Origin: Tetramitus jugosus
Lineage: Eukaryota; Protista; Heterolobosea
Assembly: GCA_937625935.1 (NCBI GenBank)
Contig: OW569367.1
Location: 248,001-312,000, forward strand
DNA length: 64,000 nt
Direction: 5' to 3'
Shown here one piece after another: positions 10,654 to 21,811 of the stretch (positions are counted from its first letter, which is position 1; every line of letters begins with the position of its first letter). The notes below the pieces were generated by a model that saw only the letters and a list, made by a program, of their open reading frames with translations, was not told the origin of the DNA and did no database searches. A program made the position numbers and the translations under genes.

Positions 10654-10996
10654 AATGATGACAACAACACAAAGACAATTAATCAAACACTTTCACTATT
10701 CCATCATCTCAAAACAAATAAACTATCAAAACTACTAAAAACTGGTAAGGTTCACTTGTTGAGGCCAAATTCCATCGGGTTCATGGCCTTTTGCATTGCG
10801 CAAGGTCACATTGTCTGTTCGCAGTAAAGAACTTTTGACATCTGACGTTAGTTAACATTGCTTTTTCCGATTGATTGTTTGTCACCGGTCAACAAAAAGT
10901 CACAAACAAAACACATCACAAGTCCACATAGTTCCCCTTGAGGTAGTAAAGCCTGGTTGTTAATAGTATAACATTCGACAAAATTCCTAACAGACA

Positions 10997-11941
10997 ATGT
11001 CGTTACCAAACTGTTCTTCTTATCCATTGCATTCCTCCAACAGCATCACGTACCGTGTTGTTGTTCTAGGCAGTGCAAAAACTGGAAAGCAAACTCTTAT
11101 TCGAGCAGCGAGAACAAGGTTTGCGCAATTAGAAGACGAAATCAACCAAGAGGAAAAAGAATTGAGCCCCATTACTCCCACCAACCCCGTCGCATCAAGC
11201 CGCCGCTCAAGTCGGAGACTGAGTGCTCCTTGGTTGAGTAGGAGACTCAGTCAAATATTTAGCAGCGGAAGCGGTAGTCCACGAGCGGAGGAGGAGTCAT
11301 GGACGGAAATGTGGGCGCGACAAGCTCCCGCCATTGCAAAGAGCCCTTCTACGGAAAAGGACGAAGAGGACGAACTGACCGTGACGATTGTATCATCATC
11401 CAACCAAAGATACAGATTAGAGCTACGGTGTATTCATGATACAGGCTTTAACTTTGAAGAACAAGACGCTGTTCAGCACGCTGATGCATTCTTGTTCTTG
11501 GTTGATCTGAGCAACAAGTTTTCCAAAACGAGAGCTCAGTTCTTTTATGACAAAGTTATGCGTATCACCAAAGATCACTATACCAAGTATATGGTCACTG
11601 ATCCATACATGCCATCAGAGGAACAAAATCAGTTGTTGCTTGACTTTGAACGGTTGATGAGCACACTCAAATTGCCAATGGTGCTCGTAGGGACAAAATC
11701 TGATGTCGAAGTGGAGTCTAGGCAGATTGAGACGATTGATTGCTTAGAAATGGCTGATTCTTGGCAGCGTTGTCCCTATGTGGAAGTGTGCAGTATCAAT
11801 CAAACTGTTGCTTCCAATCGAACAAGTGTCGAGAGCACCTTTCGGGAACTTTTGTCTCAAATTTTAACTACCAAGAAACGGAAGTCGTTTAGTGCTCTCA
11901 CTCAGAATCCATTGCTGACCAGTATGATCGGAGTCCTGTAA
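10997..11941 (+). CDS. Divergent Ras-family-like GTPase (possible pseudo-GTPase)
   Basis: YRVVVLGSAKTGKQ, degenerate G3 (HDTG), DAFLFLVD, PMVLVGTKSD, CPYVEVCS and VESTFREL. Confidence 0.75.
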   Translation: MSLPNCSSYPLHSSNSITYRVVVLGSAKTGKQTLIRAARTRFAQLEDEINQEEKELSPITPTNPVASSRRSSRRLSAPWLSRRLSQIFSSGSGSPRAEEESWTEMWARQAPAIAKSPSTEKDEEDELTVTIVSSSNQRYRLELRCIHDTGFNFEEQDAVQHADAFLFLVDLSNKFSKTRAQFFYDKVMRITKDHYTKYMVTDPYMPSEEQNQLLLDFERLMSTLKLPMVLVGTKSDVEVESRQIETIDCLEMADSWQRCPYVEVCSINQTVASNRTSVESTFRELLSQILTTKKRKSFSALTQNPLLTSMIGVL

Positions 11942-12074
11942 AATAATTTTGTCCAATACAACTGTTGTAGTTATTTGACCGATGCTTCTTTGCTCCTCCG
12001 AAAATAACTTTCAACTTTGGTTTTTCGTTACAAAGAAGTTGGTTGATTGTATAAACAAAGAGATCAACGACATC

Positions 12075-12827
12075 ATGGTAGATTTGTATCAACAAACAGT
12101 TTCATCCAACAAACAAGATGACTCAGTAACTCGACGAAGAGAAGCAGAGAGTTTAGTCAACAAGCAAACCTTCCCTGAAATGTACAGTGAAGACAATCCC
12201 ATTACTCACGGAGTGGCATCCACAATGAGCAACAATGGACTAGAGATTTTGTTGAAAGACACCTATAACATTCTTCATTTGTATCATGACATGTTCCTGA
12301 GGTGTGATAACAACGTAGATCGCAAACGTATCATTGATATGATTATACCGGAGATTTGGAAACATACAAACTTGGAAGAAGCAGTATTGTATCCATTATC
12401 AATCTGGGCACTCAGGCACAAGTCAATTCTAACTGAGAATATTCCAGAGATTGAAATGATTCAATCTCACCTCGAAATGCTCGAGGGAATGGATGTTCAC
12501 GATGTTCAATTCATGGATCAGTGCAAGTTGCTGATGACAGATTTTGAGATTCACGCCAAGAAGGAGGAAACTCAATTGTTCCCTAAACTGATGCACCATC
12601 TCAACAGTGAGCAACTTGACTTGTTGTATCAATGTTTAGGTTGCGCAAAGACTTTGGCACCCAATCGCCGAGTGAATCCAAACCCGGATCTTACTCTGCC
12701 TCATTGGATCGATCACCAGTCAGTACTGGTAGCGTTCGATGAGCTGTTGCAAAGTTTGGGACATCCAGGACCAGTCGTGCGTGGCAGAGACGCACTCAAA
12801 GTGAATCCATGGAACATGGAGCATTAA
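12075..12827 (+). CDS. Hemerythrin/HHE cation-binding domain protein, degenerate
   Basis: HTNLEEAVLYP and HAKKEETQLFP (HxxxEE...P) motifs plus an AKTLAP...P tail. ATG 12075 preferred; ATG 11982 is also in frame. Confidence 0.75.
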   Translation: MVDLYQQTVSSNKQDDSVTRRREAESLVNKQTFPEMYSEDNPITHGVASTMSNNGLEILLKDTYNILHLYHDMFLRCDNNVDRKRIIDMIIPEIWKHTNLEEAVLYPLSIWALRHKSILTENIPEIEMIQSHLEMLEGMDVHDVQFMDQCKLLMTDFEIHAKKEETQLFPKLMHHLNSEQLDLLYQCLGCAKTLAPNRRVNPNPDLTLPHWIDHQSVLVAFDELLQSLGHPGPVVRGRDALKVNPWNMEH

Positions 12828-12894
12828 AACCAATAAAAATTCAATGAATATATCGTAGTTGAAAGAATGGTTGGTACATAGTCCCATCATATGT

Positions 12895-14277
12895 TTATTG
12901 GAGAGCATCTGGTGATGACAAGAACATTGGTTGTTTCCTGTTTATGACAGCGTCATCCAAATAATAGGACAGATCGAGAAGAGCGACCAACTCGTTCAAA
13001 ACTGCGACATTCTCCTCCAGTTTGTAATGACCAATCCAATTGAACTGCTTCAATTCAGAGATGATTGGTGCATAGTCAAACTGACGGAACTCTGCAAGGG
13101 TGGCTTCTGGATGAACAAGAGCTCCTCCACGTGCAGCAGATGCTTGATCCTCATGAACAGTCTTCATCACATGAGAAACATCGACATCAATCGTTGCCAT
13201 TCTAGAAAATCTTCTGTATCGCTTCCTGAACAAGTCATTCTTCTCCTTTAGAACATCATAGGCTCTCTTTCCACCAATGAACGCAGAGCTGTACATTGCT
13301 CTCTCCTTGCCCCATTCTGCACTAGTGGCTGGGATCTTGTTCACATCGTATGCCTTGACAAACACGGACAAGAGATCAAGTGGAGATATTTGATCACCGG
13401 ATGAGAACGTGTCATCATTGGAGAATTCTTCCTTGATGTCTCTAATCTGTATCACCAACTGTTCAATCATCTTTGCCTCGGCAATCTTTCTCAATTGAGT
13501 CTCACTCAAAATCTTCTCAAATCGCTTATATCTATACTGTAATTTCTCCAAATCGATCAAACGATCAAATTCAACCGTAATATCCTCCTTTTCATTCTTC
13601 AATTCATTGTCAAAGTCCATATCGTTTCTCAATTTTGACAGAGACATCTTTTGGGTCATATCAGCCAACAGAGACTCTTGTCCGGACATTGCTTGACGAC
13701 TCGATTGCTTCTCTTCCTGAATACGTTCAATCACTCTGTCCATCTTCTTCTTCTTGAGCAACAGTGCCTCTGTTTGCAAATCACGAAGCATCTTCAAAAT
13801 GTTCATTCCTTCGGCAACAGAAATGGCTGCTCCAGAGTTTCTTGCCTCTTCAGCCAACAATTTTTTTTCCTGTTCTTGTAGCTTCAACTCCAAATCGTAC
13901 TCTCTGTCCCATTCCATGATGGCATCCCTTGTGTTCAACTGTTTCTCTCTCATAATGTTCTTGATTCGTGCAATGGCATCATCAATAGGTCTTCTAGTGT
14001 ACCATTGACCACTGGAGATGGTGAGACCTTCTCTGGCAAGTCTTCTTGCGTGTTCACTGTGTTTTTCAACCTCTCTTCTTAGCTTATCATCAGGAAAGAC
14101 GAGTTGTGTGTCAATTTTGCTTCCACCAATAGGTCTGTATGGTGGTGGTGTTTGTGTCATGGCTTGGAATGACACTGGTGGCTTGTAGGCGAACATGCGA
14201 GATGCCATTGCTTCAAAGTGATTGTATAGTGTCCATCCAGCATAGACTGTTGTTCTTCCTCCACGATATCTGCCCAT
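12895..14277 (-). CDS. Probable mitoribosomal protein mS23/Rsm25-like with a long C-terminal extension
   Basis: PPVSFQAMTQTPPP...LVFPDDKLR resembles the mS23 N-terminal signature. Start reassigned to ATG 14277 after an A/C-rich leader. Confidence 0.5.
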   Translation of the reverse strand: MGRYRGGRTTVYAGWTLYNHFEAMASRMFAYKPPVSFQAMTQTPPPYRPIGGSKIDTQLVFPDDKLRREVEKHSEHARRLAREGLTISSGQWYTRRPIDDAIARIKNIMREKQLNTRDAIMEWDREYDLELKLQEQEKKLLAEEARNSGAAISVAEGMNILKMLRDLQTEALLLKKKKMDRVIERIQEEKQSSRQAMSGQESLLADMTQKMSLSKLRNDMDFDNELKNEKEDITVEFDRLIDLEKLQYRYKRFEKILSETQLRKIAEAKMIEQLVIQIRDIKEEFSNDDTFSSGDQISPLDLLSVFVKAYDVNKIPATSAEWGKERAMYSSAFIGGKRAYDVLKEKNDLFRKRYRRFSRMATIDVDVSHVMKTVHEDQASAARGGALVHPEATLAEFRQFDYAPIISELKQFNWIGHYKLEENVAVLNELVALLDLSYYLDDAVINRKQPMFLSSPDALQ

Positions 14278-14620
14278 TATTATTGTTGTGTGATGACTGT
14301 TGTTGTTGTTGTTGGTTTGATTGGATGGTGGTGGTTTATGGCGAAAAAGCTTTTTGACAACGATGACGCGTGTGTGAAGATGGGTTTTTTTTGCGTGTGG
14401 AGGAGTGAAAAAATGATTTTTTATCCTCTTGTCGCCAAAATGCAAACAATTTTTTTGTCGGAGAGGAGTTTTTGATTTTATCATGTTACAAAAATGAAAC
14501 TCAACTTCCTCCGAAGCATAGATGCAATTCATGGTTGAACCGGTGAAAAACGATCAAACAACAAAAGAAAGCATACAGAAGAGCGAACAAAACCACCATT
14601 TGGCCGAACAAACATCACAA

Positions 14621-17600
14621 ATGGATCAATTAGTTTATCTTTCGTTAGTCAATCGTGTGTGTGATGAACTATCCAATCATCTGAAGCAAACGGACAGAGA
14701 CGTTGCCGATTTTTTGATCTTTATGTGTGATCAATCAAAGAATGCAACAGATTTTAGTGAAAAGTTGGCAGAGAGTGGTGCAGAGATGCCAGACTCGTTT
14801 GTGAAAAACTTGTTTCCCATCATACAGAACATGAAACCTAAAAAACTGCCCTTCCATCAAAACAACGAAAGTGGTTCGCACAAGGATAACGCTTCTACAT
14901 TACAGTCTCAAATCAAGAGAGAACAAACAGATGGGGATGATCATAGCATGGTTGATGACACGAATGAAGATTCAGTGGCAAAGAATCATGAACGATATAA
15001 GCGATTGTTTCCTGGTTTGTCCATTTTGGATAGAAAGTTGGAACCGTTGGAGACAAAGGATGAGAATGGTAGTGGTAGGAGCGGTGGTGAGTCAACATCG
15101 ATCAAACAAGAGAATAGTGAGAGCTATGAGGAGTATAGTCACGAGTTTAGAGCTCAGAATCTGTTGTTGAATGCAGTGTATAGAGCAAGAGTGTCTTCTG
15201 TGAAGCCGTTTGGCTTTTTTGCGACTTTGGAGAGGACACATGACGGTATACGATTGCATTTGAGAGATAGGAGAGACACTGAGGGCATGTGTCATATTAG
15301 TGAAGTTCGAGAGAGCAGAATTAATGATGTGAGTGAGGCTGTTTCTCGAGGAGATAGTGTTTGGGTGAAGCTCATATCGATTACCAAGGGAAAGATGGCT
15401 CTCAGTATGAAAGAAGTCGATCAGAAGAATGGTTATGATATATTCCCTCGTGAGGTATATCCTCCTGGTCAACCTCCACGCAGGAGCAGAGCACATGAAG
15501 ACGATCTTTCACTCCGGACGAGTCACTCAGGTATTCCACTCAAGGACGAAGACAGTGCTCTCAGTTCCAAATCATTGAAGCGAAAAACACCATATGAACT
15601 CTGGGAGGAGAAGCAGCTTCGATCTGCTGGACCAAGAGTCAAGAGCATTTTGGCTCAGGCAAAGACTAAGAACGACTTTGATAGTGATGGTGAGGAGGAT
15701 GAAATGCAGTTTGAGGAATTAGAGGAAACTGTAGAAATTGAAATGAACGATAAGGAACCAGCGTTCTTGTCCGGTCAGACATCTAGAGCCGGTGTAAATT
15801 ACTCTCCTGTACGTCTCTCTCGTATACCCAATGGCAGTATGCAACAAGCTGCTGAGTCTCAGGGAGAATTGGCCAGAGAAAGAAGAGAAATCAGAGAACA
15901 ACAGAGGGCTAAACTTGCTGCTGGTAATACGCAGGATCAAAGATTGATGCAAGAGGATCCCATGCTTGGTACTTCTTCTATTCACGACGATCCAACATCT
16001 GGTGATTTTGGAAAGTTTGGTGATCCTGCAATGGATGTTCCAGAGTGGAAGAAGGATTCTTTGCTCGGTATCGGTACAAAAACCAATGATAAAACAATCA
16101 AGGAACAGAGAGAATCACTTCCAATATTTACCCTAAGAGACAAGTTGATTCAATCAGTGAGAGACAATCAAATTTTGATCGTGGTTGGTGAAACGGGATC
16201 TGGAAAAACGACTCAAATGACACAATATCTAGCAGAGGAGGGCTTTGCAGATAAGGGTGTCATTGGTTGTACACAACCTAGAAGAGTTGCAGCTGTTTCT
16301 GTTGCGAAGAGAGTTGCAGAAGAATTTGGATGTAACGTGGGACAGGAGGTTGGTTACACGATCCGTTTCGAGGATTGCACCAGTTCTGACACCAGAATCA
16401 AGTACATGACTGATGGTATGTTGCTGAGAGAAGCATTGTTGGATAATAATATGTCCAAGTATAGTTGTATTATTTTAGATGAGGCGCACGAAAGAAACTT
16501 GCACACAGATGTGTTGTTTGGTTTATTGAAAAAGTTGGTTGCCAAGCGAAAGGATCTTCGTTTAATTGTCACATCAGCCACTCTGGATGCCTCCAAGTTC
16601 TCCAACTACTTCTTCAAGTGCCCTATCTTCACGATTCCAGGTAGAACGTTCCATGTCGATATTCTGCACACCAAAGAGGCAGAGAGTGATTATTTGGATG
16701 CCGCTTTAATTACTGTCATGCAAATTCATCTGACTGAGCCACCGGGAGATGTATTACTGTTCTTGACAGGTCAAGAAGAGATTGATACGGCCTGTCAGAT
16801 CCTCTATGAACGTATGAAAGAACTGCGGAGTGGCAACGCCCAAGTGCCTGAACTAATTATCCTTTCTATTTATTCGACACTGCCAAGTGAAATGCAGAGT
16901 AAGATTTTCCAACCAGCTCCTCCAGGATCAAGAAAGATCGTTATTGGTACGAATATTGCTGAAACGAGTATTACAATCGATGGTATTTACTATGTGATTG
17001 ATCCAGGGTTCGTGAAGCAGAATTGCTACAATGCGAAAACTGGTATGGATCAACTGATGGTCGTTCCAATTTCTCAGGCTGCTGCCAGACAGAGAGCAGG
17101 TCGTGCTGGAAGAACGGGTCCTGGAAGATGTTATCGTTTGTACACTGAAGAAGCATTCAACAACGAAATGCTGTTGAACACTGTCCCAGAAATTCAACGG
17201 ACAAACTTGGGTAATACTGTGCTTACTTTGAAAGCGATGGGTATTAATGATTTGCTCGGATTTGATTTCATGGATCCACCACCTCCACAAACATTGATTA
17301 CTGCGATGGAGGCACTTTATTCATTGGGAGCATTGGATGAGGAGGGTCTTCTCACAAAATTGGGTAGAAAAATGGCCGAGTTCCCTCTCGAGCCTCAAAT
17401 GTGTAAGACTTTGATTGCAAGTGTTGACCTGAAGTGCTCGGATGAGGTGTTGAGTATTGTCAGTATGCTGTCCGTGCAAACGATATTCTTCAGACCTCGT
17501 GAGAAGCAGCAACAAGCTGATCAGAAGAAGGCCAAGTTCTTCCAACCTGAAGGCGACCATTTAACGCTCCTTGCTGTCTATCAAGCATGGAAGAGAAGTA

Positions 17601-18094
17601 ACTACAGTAACTCGTGGTGCGTTGACAACTTTATTCAAGCGAGAAGCATGCGTAGAGCTCAGGATGTTCGAAAGCAATTAATGCAGATTATGGACAGATA
17701 CAAATTGGATGTCTTGTCATGTGGCAAAGATTATTCCAGGGTAAGAAAAGCATTTACGAGTGGCTACTTTGCTAATGCAGCTCACAAGGATCCTCAGGAA
17801 GGATACAAGACCCTAGTGGACAATCAACCCGTGTACATTCACCCCGCTAGTGCTTGCTTCCAAAAGAATCCTGAATGGGTTATTTATCATACTCTGGTGC
17901 TCACTACGAAAGAATACATGAGAGAACTGATTGCCATTGAGCCAAAATGGCTTGTGGAAATGGCACCAAACTTTTATAAATCTGGTGATCCATCCAGACT
18001 CACGAAGAGAAAGCGTGAGGAGAGGATTGAACCATTGTTCAACAAGTATGAAAAGAAGGATGAGTGGCGGTTGAGCAGAAGACGAAAGTTCTAA
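14621..18094 (+). CDS. DHX8: Pre-mRNA splicing DEAH helicase Prp22/DHX8
   Basis: [16 protein letters not shown]-terminus, S1 domain, [25 protein letters not shown] and the C-terminal EPLFNKYE...WRLS. Confidence 0.96.
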   Translation: MDQLVYLSLVNRVCDELSNHLKQTDRDVADFLIFMCDQSKNATDFSEKLAESGAEMPDSFVKNLFPIIQNMKPKKLPFHQNNESGSHKDNASTLQSQIKREQTDGDDHSMVDDTNEDSVAKNHERYKRLFPGLSILDRKLEPLETKDENGSGRSGGESTSIKQENSESYEEYSHEFRAQNLLLNAVYRARVSSVKPFGFFATLERTHDGIRLHLRDRRDTEGMCHISEVRESRINDVSEAVSRGDSVWVKLISITKGKMALSMKEVDQKNGYDIFPREVYPPGQPPRRSRAHEDDLSLRTSHSGIPLKDEDSALSSKSLKRKTPYELWEEKQLRSAGPRVKSILAQAKTKNDFDSDGEEDEMQFEELEETVEIEMNDKEPAFLSGQTSRAGVNYSPVRLSRIPNGSMQQAAESQGELARERREIREQQRAKLAAGNTQDQRLMQEDPMLGTSSIHDDPTSGDFGKFGDPAMDVPEWKKDSLLGIGTKTNDKTIKEQRESLPIFTLRDKLIQSVRDNQILIVVGETGSGKTTQMTQYLAEEGFADKGVIGCTQPRRVAAVSVAKRVAEEFGCNVGQEVGYTIRFEDCTSSDTRIKYMTDGMLLREALLDNNMSKYSCIILDEAHERNLHTDVLFGLLKKLVAKRKDLRLIVTSATLDASKFSNYFFKCPIFTIPGRTFHVDILHTKEAESDYLDAALITVMQIHLTEPPGDVLLFLTGQEEIDTACQILYERMKELRSGNAQVPELIILSIYSTLPSEMQSKIFQPAPPGSRKIVIGTNIAETSITIDGIYYVIDPGFVKQNCYNAKTGMDQLMVVPISQAAARQRAGRAGRTGPGRCYRLYTEEAFNNEMLLNTVPEIQRTNLGNTVLTLKAMGINDLLGFDFMDPPPPQTLITAMEALYSLGALDEEGLLTKLGRKMAEFPLEPQMCKTLIASVDLKCSDEVLSIVSMLSVQTIFFRPREKQQQADQKKAKFFQPEGDHLTLLAVYQAWKRSNYSNSWCVDNFIQARSMRRAQDVRKQLMQIMDRYKLDVLSCGKDYSRVRKAFTSGYFANAAHKDPQEGYKTLVDNQPVYIHPASACFQKNPEWVIYHTLVLTTKEYMRELIAIEPKWLVEMAPNFYKSGDPSRLTKRKREERIEPLFNKYEKKDEWRLSRRRKF

Positions 18095-18141
18095 AGGCCA
18101 GAGAACAGTTGATTGTAAATAAACTTTGATGGTAACTGAAT

Positions 18142-20445
18142 CTACAGACCAGGAATTTTTAATTCATCTTGCAGTTGTTGTTTTTCAACCAGCAACTCCC
18201 TGTATCGATCTTGTAGCTCTCTCTCCTTTGATCGAACCATTTGTATGTCATCAGTCAGTCGTAGCTCCCGCGTCCGCATTGCATTTCGCTCCAAATCTTG
18301 CAGTGCAGAGAAGCTCTGTAATTCTCGCTGTTTCTCTTCTATCTCATTGGCCGTTTCACTAATGTTCTTCTCGATGGATGCAAGCTTATTCATATATCCT
18401 CCAGTCAAAATATTCAATTTTTGTTCCATCTTTTGTGTTTTAGCTCTTTCTTCGTTGTAAACTCGTTCTAATAAATTAAAATCGGTTGGGAATACTTGAG
18501 GAACACATGAATCCCACATTGATGAAAAGGTTTCGAATGAAGGAGTATCAAACTTTGTCTGTTCGATTGCTATCATTTGCCTCGCTTGTTGCATCAAGCG
18601 ATTCTCTGGATAACCCAAAGCTACAGTCTTTCTGTTCTTCATCTTCTTTCCCTTCTTGATTGCTTCAATTGGATGCATAACCATATCATGTTGTATTAGC
18701 TTAACCATCTCCTGACGAATGAGCTTTGATATTTGAGCTGATTGAGCTGCTTCACTCATGCCATCTGTTGTCGAAGGATCGTACTGAGCATCAGTAAACT
18801 TTGATGGTCTCGGTAAATTTCTTTGAACTGCCTGTGTTCGTCGATTCAGTCGCTCTTGCTTCCGACTCTCTTTCAAAAGTTCATTTCTCCTTCTCAATTC
18901 TCCCATGTCATCTTCATCGATACCTCCCATCATTGATACGTCATCTTCTTCATCATTTGTGACATGGAATGATGAACGTGTGGTGGCGTTGGTCACTGGC
19001 GCAGGTAGAGACTGCAGCTTCTCTCGTAGTTGTTGCTTGTAAAATTGTAGTTTTTGATTTTGGACCTTGAGTGGAGGACTGCCTGGTGTAGCAAAGCCCG
19101 ATCCGGCATTGATGTGCAGCTCATCTCTCATTGGAGTAACCATTGGAGTCATGTTGAACTTGCTTACTCCAGGTGTTGATGCAACAAATGGATTCGGTGT
19201 AGCAGCAACGTGCTTTGCTGGAGTCATACCACTAAAATCACGAAACTGTTCATTCAGTTCAATGTTCTTTCCGCCCTTTAGTGGTGTTTGTTGATTCTGG
19301 AGCGCGATCAAGTTTTGCACCGATAATTTTACAGTGTCGACTGCTGCAGGAGTTCGAGGAGTTCTCATTGACAAACTAGCAGGAGTGAGTCCAGGTGTTT
19401 GGGCCTTGTACTCTGTGAGAAGCTTATCGGTGGCAGATCCATTGGCGGCAGCCAAGTGCTTGAGCTCAATGCCAAGCTTACCAATCTCCTCCAGCTCTGC
19501 ATCACTGATTTGTGGCTTGGGTAGAACGAGCTTGCTTCTCTTTGTGATTGCAGATGGTTGATACAGCTTCTTATTGGTTTGTGCAAGAAAATCAGGCATG
19601 CTGTCCTTCTTTCTTCTCTTAATCTTCTCTTGATCCTTTTGTTTCATCAATTCCTCCTCGTCTACTTCCTCTTGCTTCTTCTTGTTGTACACCTGTTGAA
19701 CGGCTTCCCTATTGTAATCAATAGCAATAGAGTTTGTCTGTTTTTGTTCATTAGTCACGTCAAAGAAGCCTGGTGGTGGTTTTCTAAACAGAGGAATCTC
19801 ATTATTATAGTCAATCTCATGATTCTTGTTCATCTTCTTCATTTTCTGCAAAGATGGTCTCAAAATAATACCAGCTGCCTTCAATTCACGCTTCTTTTGC
19901 AACGATGCAAGTCTCCTGGCCTTCTCAAGCTCCTGTTCTCTCGCTTTTCTCTTTGCCTTCTTACCTTTTGTGTTTTCCAATCTCGCTCTCGCCTCACTCA
20001 ACATTTCCTTTGTGTCTTCACTCATATCGACAGGATCGGGTCGCGCAGGCCTAGCTTCCGGATTGGGATCAACCTCACCAGGTTTCAATCTCCTCGGATC
20101 ATCCATCGCATCCATATCTCTGCCCTGTACTTGATCCAACAACCGTTCATAATGCTCCAAACACTGAGCAGCTGTTCTTCCGACTTGAGAAGCAATCATG
20201 CGCCACATGTTGGGTGCAATTTTGGCCAGATGAAGTAATTTTTCTTCTTCTTCGCGTGTCCACTCTGTTTTCTTAATGTTTGGATCGAGCCACTCCTCCC
20301 ATCTTGCCTTGCATTGCTTTGCGGATTTGCTAATGAGAAGAGAAGCGACTCTGGACCATTGATTGGTGCCGTATTTCATGACACCAGCCTTTAGGACTTC
20401 ATCTTCAGCGTTTTTCCATGGGCCACCCTTGGTAAAGTTCCTCAT
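18142..20445 (-). CDS. CDC5L: CDC5L/Cef1 Myb-repeat splicing factor
   Basis: KGGPWKNAEDEVLKAGVMKYG, KSAKQCKARWEEWLDP, ARPDPVDM and EMLSEARARLENTKGKKAKRKARE. Start at ATG 20445. Confidence 0.96.
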   Translation of the reverse strand: MRNFTKGGPWKNAEDEVLKAGVMKYGTNQWSRVASLLISKSAKQCKARWEEWLDPNIKKTEWTREEEEKLLHLAKIAPNMWRMIASQVGRTAAQCLEHYERLLDQVQGRDMDAMDDPRRLKPGEVDPNPEARPARPDPVDMSEDTKEMLSEARARLENTKGKKAKRKAREQELEKARRLASLQKKRELKAAGIILRPSLQKMKKMNKNHEIDYNNEIPLFRKPPPGFFDVTNEQKQTNSIAIDYNREAVQQVYNKKKQEEVDEEELMKQKDQEKIKRRKKDSMPDFLAQTNKKLYQPSAITKRSKLVLPKPQISDAELEEIGKLGIELKHLAAANGSATDKLLTEYKAQTPGLTPASLSMRTPRTPAAVDTVKLSVQNLIALQNQQTPLKGGKNIELNEQFRDFSGMTPAKHVAATPNPFVASTPGVSKFNMTPMVTPMRDELHINAGSGFATPGSPPLKVQNQKLQFYKQQLREKLQSLPAPVTNATTRSSFHVTNDEEDDVSMMGGIDEDDMGELRRRNELLKESRKQERLNRRTQAVQRNLPRPSKFTDAQYDPSTTDGMSEAAQSAQISKLIRQEMVKLIQHDMVMHPIEAIKKGKKMKNRKTVALGYPENRLMQQARQMIAIEQTKFDTPSFETFSSMWDSCVPQVFPTDFNLLERVYNEERAKTQKMEQKLNILTGGYMNKLASIEKNISETANEIEEKQRELQSFSALQDLERNAMRTRELRLTDDIQMVRSKERELQDRYRELLVEKQQLQDELKIPGL

Positions 20446-20855
20446 TTGCTGTACACACTGCTGTTTTTGTTTTGATTTGAGTTTCTCGTTGTCGGTTTTT
20501 TGATTTTTTTGTGCCGCCAGATGAAACTTCCTGGATCTCGTTGAACATGGTCGGAGTAAACATTGAACGGTCACCGACGAACTACGAATGGGTGTGTTTA
20601 CAGTTCCCGAAAGGCGAAAAATACTAGTCGGACAAGAATGAGCCCAGGTAGCCAAGAGACCAAGATTCTTCATATAGAAAAATCAACATTGCCTGTGCAT
20701 AAATTTCCCTCCCCAAAAAAATCTATTAAGAATCCAGTTATCTCTTTGTCTCAATCAGCTTCGCAGTCACAGTTCTAAACTGAATCAAAGAATCACAAGT
20801 TAACTCGTGAATGTTATACGAGTACATTCCGAGTACGAGAAGAAGATTTTCAATC

Positions 20856-21811
20856 ATGGGAATTTGTATGTCCAGTCATGCTGTTCGGTCAGTAGATGCA
20901 GACAATAGGAAAGCGAACTACAACAATACACAGCAAGTTCCTTCTCCAAGTCATCGAAGAATAGCTAAAGAAGGCGATTATTACCTTCGAAACAATACGA
21001 ATTCTTTTGAGAACAATAATGGTAGAAATAGAACTACTCTTACCGTTGGTCCACAACAACCAGCGAGTTACTTTGACTCTACTCATCATAACAATAATAG
21101 TAATATGATTACGAGTAATTTATATGTAGCACAACACCCGATCACCGAGAACACCAATGCATCGATACTACCACCAGTGAATCGGAACAATAAATCTGCT
21201 GACAATAGGGAGGAGCATGGTGGAAACGGTGAACCCTCGTTAATTGTAACTAGTCCAAGTCGGAGGGGTAGTGTAGTGGGTAGCAGACCAAGCCCTTTAC
21301 ACATCAAAGCTATGGCTAATAATCTGAGGAACAAAGAAGAACTAGGTGTGTGAATTTTATCCTATAATCTAATGTCCATTATTTAGATAGAGTACTAAAT
21401 TTTGTGTTCTTGGTACAACATTCATGATTATGTTACACAGAGTACATGTCCCCTTCTCATTCAGATGCTGTGGAAAAGAAGTTGAGGAAAACCAGTTTTC
21501 ACTCCGTTGTGACGCACAGAGGTTCCAACGGAGAAGGAAGAGAACCCACGAATGAACATGGCACAGCTCAGAGACAAACAGACCTTGATGCTTTGAATCG
21601 GAGAAGAAGAAGTGGAGGTGACTTTAGAATTGAATTCTCTGAACAAGGAGACAAGTTCAGAGGGATACAACAATGGTTGAATGAGAGTATTCTGGATTCC
21701 AAATCAATCACTCCAATACTCCCCATTCCAGGAAATGATTCGGCCCATAGAACTCTTCCTACATTCGCTTCAAGGGAGGAATCCACTTCATATCACAATC
21801 TCCACATTTAA
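20856..21811 (+). CDS. Hypothetical disordered protein with an N-terminal MGICMSS acylation-type motif; exons 20856..21345, 21441..21811
   Basis: Intron 21346..21440 (GTGTGT...CAG) joins two ORFs in frame (EEL-E-YMSP). MGxCxS fits myristoylation plus palmitoylation. Confidence 0.65.

Noticed and set aside
14278-14620. Apparent overlap of the mS23-like and DHX8 ORFs
   Set aside because: Artefact of upstream in-frame starts. The likely ATGs at 14277 and 14621 leave a normal divergent promoter.
19558-20238. 226-aa antisense ORF within CDC5L, and similar short shadow ORFs throughout the window
   Set aside because: They mirror the Lys/Glu-rich sense codons and have no independent coding evidence.
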